Of a DNA stretch of 64,000 nucleotides, positions 61,516 to 64,000 are shown piece by piece. Where the stretch lies: the NCBI GenBank assembly GCA_965246715.1, contig CBDFFH010000015.1, positions 192,001-256,000 of the forward strand, in the 5' to 3' direction. The DNA comes from Chamaesiphon sp. (GTDB lineage Bacteria; Cyanobacteriota; Cyanobacteriia; Cyanobacteriales; Chamaesiphonaceae). How positions within the stretch are numbered: the stretch's first letter is position 1; every line of letters starts with the position of its first letter. The position numbers were made by a program, and so were the translations under genes. Under the pieces are notes generated by a model. It was given only the letters and a program-made list of their open reading frames with translations. It did no database searches and was not told the DNA's origin.

Positions 61516-63063
61516 CTAATTTTTATCGGTCACTCCCCATTCTTTCAAAAGATCGATCGCATCTTGATAAGTTTCACTATTTCCTTGTTGTTTGGCAAGT
61601 TGGGCTGCTTGGCGCATATTTTTAATTGCCATCACCCGCTCGTTGAGAGCAGCATAAATTAAACCTCTAATCGAATACGCATTGGGGTTCTGGGGATCGA
61701 GTTCTACCGTGCGATTTAGATCGGCTAATGCCTGGCGATTATTTTTTAGGTTTTGAAACTTTAAAATCCCGCGCATGATATAGGCTTCAGCACTTTTAGG
61801 ATCGAGCGCGATCGCTCGGTTGAGGTCGCGTAAAGCGCCGCGATCGTCTTTGAGTTTTAGAAAATTTAAAATCCCGCGCAGCGTGTAAGCTTCAGCATTT
61901 TTAGGCTCGAGCACGATCGCCCGATTGAGATCGCTTAGAGCACCGCGATCGTCTTTGAGTTCTCGGTATTTTAAACCACCACGGATCGTGTATGTATTGC
62001 TATCGTTCGGATCGAGTTGAATCGATCGATCCAAGTCAGCTAATCCTCCTTGCGGATCTTTGAGTTTGCTCGATTTCAGATACCCACGCAAGGTATAGGA
62101 CACTCCATCTTTCGGATCGAGTTGAATCGCCCGATCGAAATCAACCAAGGCACCCTGAGGATCGTCGAGATTAGCTAATTTTACACTAGCTCTACTTCTG
62201 TATACGGCAGCATAGTTGGGCTTGAGGGCGATCGCCCGATCGTAATCGGCGAGAGCACCCCGATAGTCACCTTTGTTATATTTTTGACTGCCTAGCAGAT
62301 AGTAGTCATCAGCTTTGAGTGTCTGGGCTTGCGGAATCGCTGATACTTTTTGCCCCAGATTTACGCCTAAATTATCAGCGATGGTGGCAAAACGGTTAAT
62401 CGGAATCCCGAGATTGAATCCAGTTTTTTGGCCTAATCCGCCGCTGTCATTGCGTTCGCGATCGCCTCTACCGTGGATGGCTACCAGTTCGCCATTTTGA
62501 TTGAGTACCGCACCACCGCTCATACCGGGGAGTGTATCGTTGCTATAAATTAACGAATAACCTTGTTCTAATGTTTGAGTACTATTTGCTGAAACCGTTC
62601 CCGATCTGAACAAAAATACCGACTTATTAATTGCATCTGTTGCCAAGGGATATCCGGATACATACAAATCCATCCCCTCGCTCAATAGGTTGCAGTCACC
62701 TAATTTAGCAGTGGGATAGTCAACTGGAGCGCGAAATTTGACGACTGCTAAATCGAGATCGGTCGTTGCCACACGAATCGAATCGCTGACAAGTTGATAT
62801 TTTTTGCCGTCTGCTGTGACGATCGTATAAACAGCACGTTTGTTTTTGACGACATGCGCGGCAGTAATTACGGTGTAAACATCACCTTGGTGCTGGAGGA
62901 TCGTCCCCGAACCTTGACTTTCTGGAGTAGTAATTTGGACGGTAATCGCTTTAGCTGTTTTGGCAATTTCTGGCGCGGTAGCGGCGATGCTAGCGGTCTG
63001 GACGAGTGAAATCGTTACACTCATCCCAATTAAGCTTACCCAATATTTCGATCGAGTTGACAC
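61516..63063 (-). CDS. Trypsin-like serine protease with TPR repeats
   Basis: TAAHVV, DLAVV, PGMSGG triad, followed by TPRs. Confidence 0.9.
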   Translation of the reverse strand: MSTRSKYWVSLIGMSVTISLVQTASIAATAPEIAKTAKAITVQITTPESQGSGTILQHQGDVYTVITAAHVVKNKRAVYTIVTADGKKYQLVSDSIRVATTDLDLAVVKFRAPVDYPTAKLGDCNLLSEGMDLYVSGYPLATDAINKSVFLFRSGTVSANSTQTLEQGYSLIYSNDTLPGMSGGAVLNQNGELVAIHGRGDRERNDSGGLGQKTGFNLGIPINRFATIADNLGVNLGQKVSAIPQAQTLKADDYYLLGSQKYNKGDYRGALADYDRAIALKPNYAAVYRSRASVKLANLDDPQGALVDFDRAIQLDPKDGVSYTLRGYLKSSKLKDPQGGLADLDRSIQLDPNDSNTYTIRGGLKYRELKDDRGALSDLNRAIVLEPKNAEAYTLRGILNFLKLKDDRGALRDLNRAIALDPKSAEAYIMRGILKFQNLKNNRQALADLNRTVELDPQNPNAYSIRGLIYAALNERVMAIKNMRQAAQLAKQQGNSETYQDAIDLLKEWGVTDKN

Positions 63064-63324
63064 GAATTTAATTTTCCAAGGGAATTATTTGTATCGTATT
63101 ATTTTATCTCAAGCGATCGCGTTAAGGCGCGATGAGCATTTCATGCTGCAATCAGCAACGCCAGGATTTGTACTTTAGTGACATCGAGCCTGAGTGCTAG
63201 ACTAACGATAACGAAGCGCTATCTTATTGCAGTTGCACTGCTACTGTAGCAAGTCGATCTCAGTATTCACAAATGAGTATATTTTGGTAACGCGATCGTT
63301 CCGTTCGGTGTTTAAATAATTCCT

Positions 63325-64000
63325 GTGTCCATAGCATCTCCAGTCGATCGAGTTATTACTATTTTAGCGATCGAATCCGATCCAGTCATGCAGTCGGGTT
63401 TAGTTACTTGTCTGAATCGGTTTCCCGATCTTCGAGTGTCCGCTGTAGCTGAAACTCTAGCCGATGCCTTAAAGATCTTGACAGATCGATCGATCGCTAT
63501 CGATGTGCTGTTATGCGGATTGCCGCTCGATCGTCATGCCACGGAGTCATCCGATCTAATATTTTATCAGCAGGTTAAAGCGGTCGATCCGAAGTTACCG
63601 ATCCTGCTCTTAGTCTCTGGGCAAGAGCCAGATTTGATGGCAGCTTTTCAGATGGGAATTGAAGGATGTTGTGCTAAAGGTAGCTCTATTCTAGATTTAG
63701 TTAATTGCATCAGACAAGTCGCCGCTGGCGAAACTAGTTGGACAGCCGAAATATTAAAACAGGTAACTTTTGCGCCACCAACTTCGCGATCTAGTTGGCA
63801 AGATCGACTCCGGTTGTCTAGCTTAGAGCAAATCGAAACCGCCTTGACAGAACTCGATGCTAAGCTGCGTGAAGCTAAACTTTCCGCATTAGATCGATCG
63901 ATCTTCACCGGACGCAAGCGCGAACTCAATACCGCTCGCTGGCTAGTCAAAAGATTATTACCGCCCACTGCATCGGTTGACAGGCAATCTACTCGCTCGT
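63325..64000 (+). CDS. Receiver-like domain protein, probably DUF3685/Ycf55-like, runs off window end
   Basis: Manual translation: ILAIESDPVMQSGLVTCLNRFPDLRV...GCCAKG...LDRSIFTGRKRELNTARWLV. Confidence 0.7.
   Translation, partial: MSIASPVDRVITILAIESDPVMQSGLVTCLNRFPDLRVSAVAETLADALKILTDRSIAIDVLLCGLPLDRHATESSDLIFYQQVKAVDPKLPILLLVSGQEPDLMAAFQMGIEGCCAKGSSILDLVNCIRQVAAGETSWTAEILKQVTFAPPTSRSSWQDRLRLSSLEQIETALTELDAKLREAKLSALDRSIFTGRKRELNTARWLVKRLLPPTASVDRQSTRS

Noticed and set aside
56957..63063. DNA-level repeats in TPR genes as an array or diversity-generating element
   Set aside because: Explained by 35-aa TPR periodicity; no reverse transcriptase or template/variable repeat pair seen
63648..63968. 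Minus-strand 106-aa ORF
   Set aside because: Antisense to the plus-strand gene that starts at 63325 and runs off the window

Overview
Cyanobacterial chromosomal window. It is very rich in HIP1-type CGATCG/GCGATCGC/TCGATCGA palindromes and the gene content is Chamaesiphon-like (inference). Housekeeping genes (cyclophilin, ung, tatC, murG, serA, prmA, ggt, rdgB, ho1, crtW, ndhK paralog, GH116, UPF0182) alternate with accessory or stress clusters, several eroded pseudogenes and many REP/MITE-like repeats. The main observation is a divergent pair of intact IS110 (IS621-like) elements at 12605-13969 and 14108-15372. In both, an RNA-guided recombination system can be read from sequence: CT cores at both ends, a non-coding left end carrying target and donor guides that match the element's own flanks and ends, and a sigma70-like promoter formed only on circularisation. 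The two share a donor but carry different target guides, each matching the REP palindrome it sits in. Other candidates are an HsdR_N nuclease-ParA fusion with an atypical ParB, an HDO di-iron enzyme/DUF3891/NPPY-methyltransferase cluster, a TSV-motif cyanobacterial halorhodopsin-like protein, 24-nt twin-hairpin elements inserted in frame in ndhK and prmA, a MITE with an 8-bp TSD, and a cobalamin riboswitch. All calls come from reading the sequence; no database searches were run.
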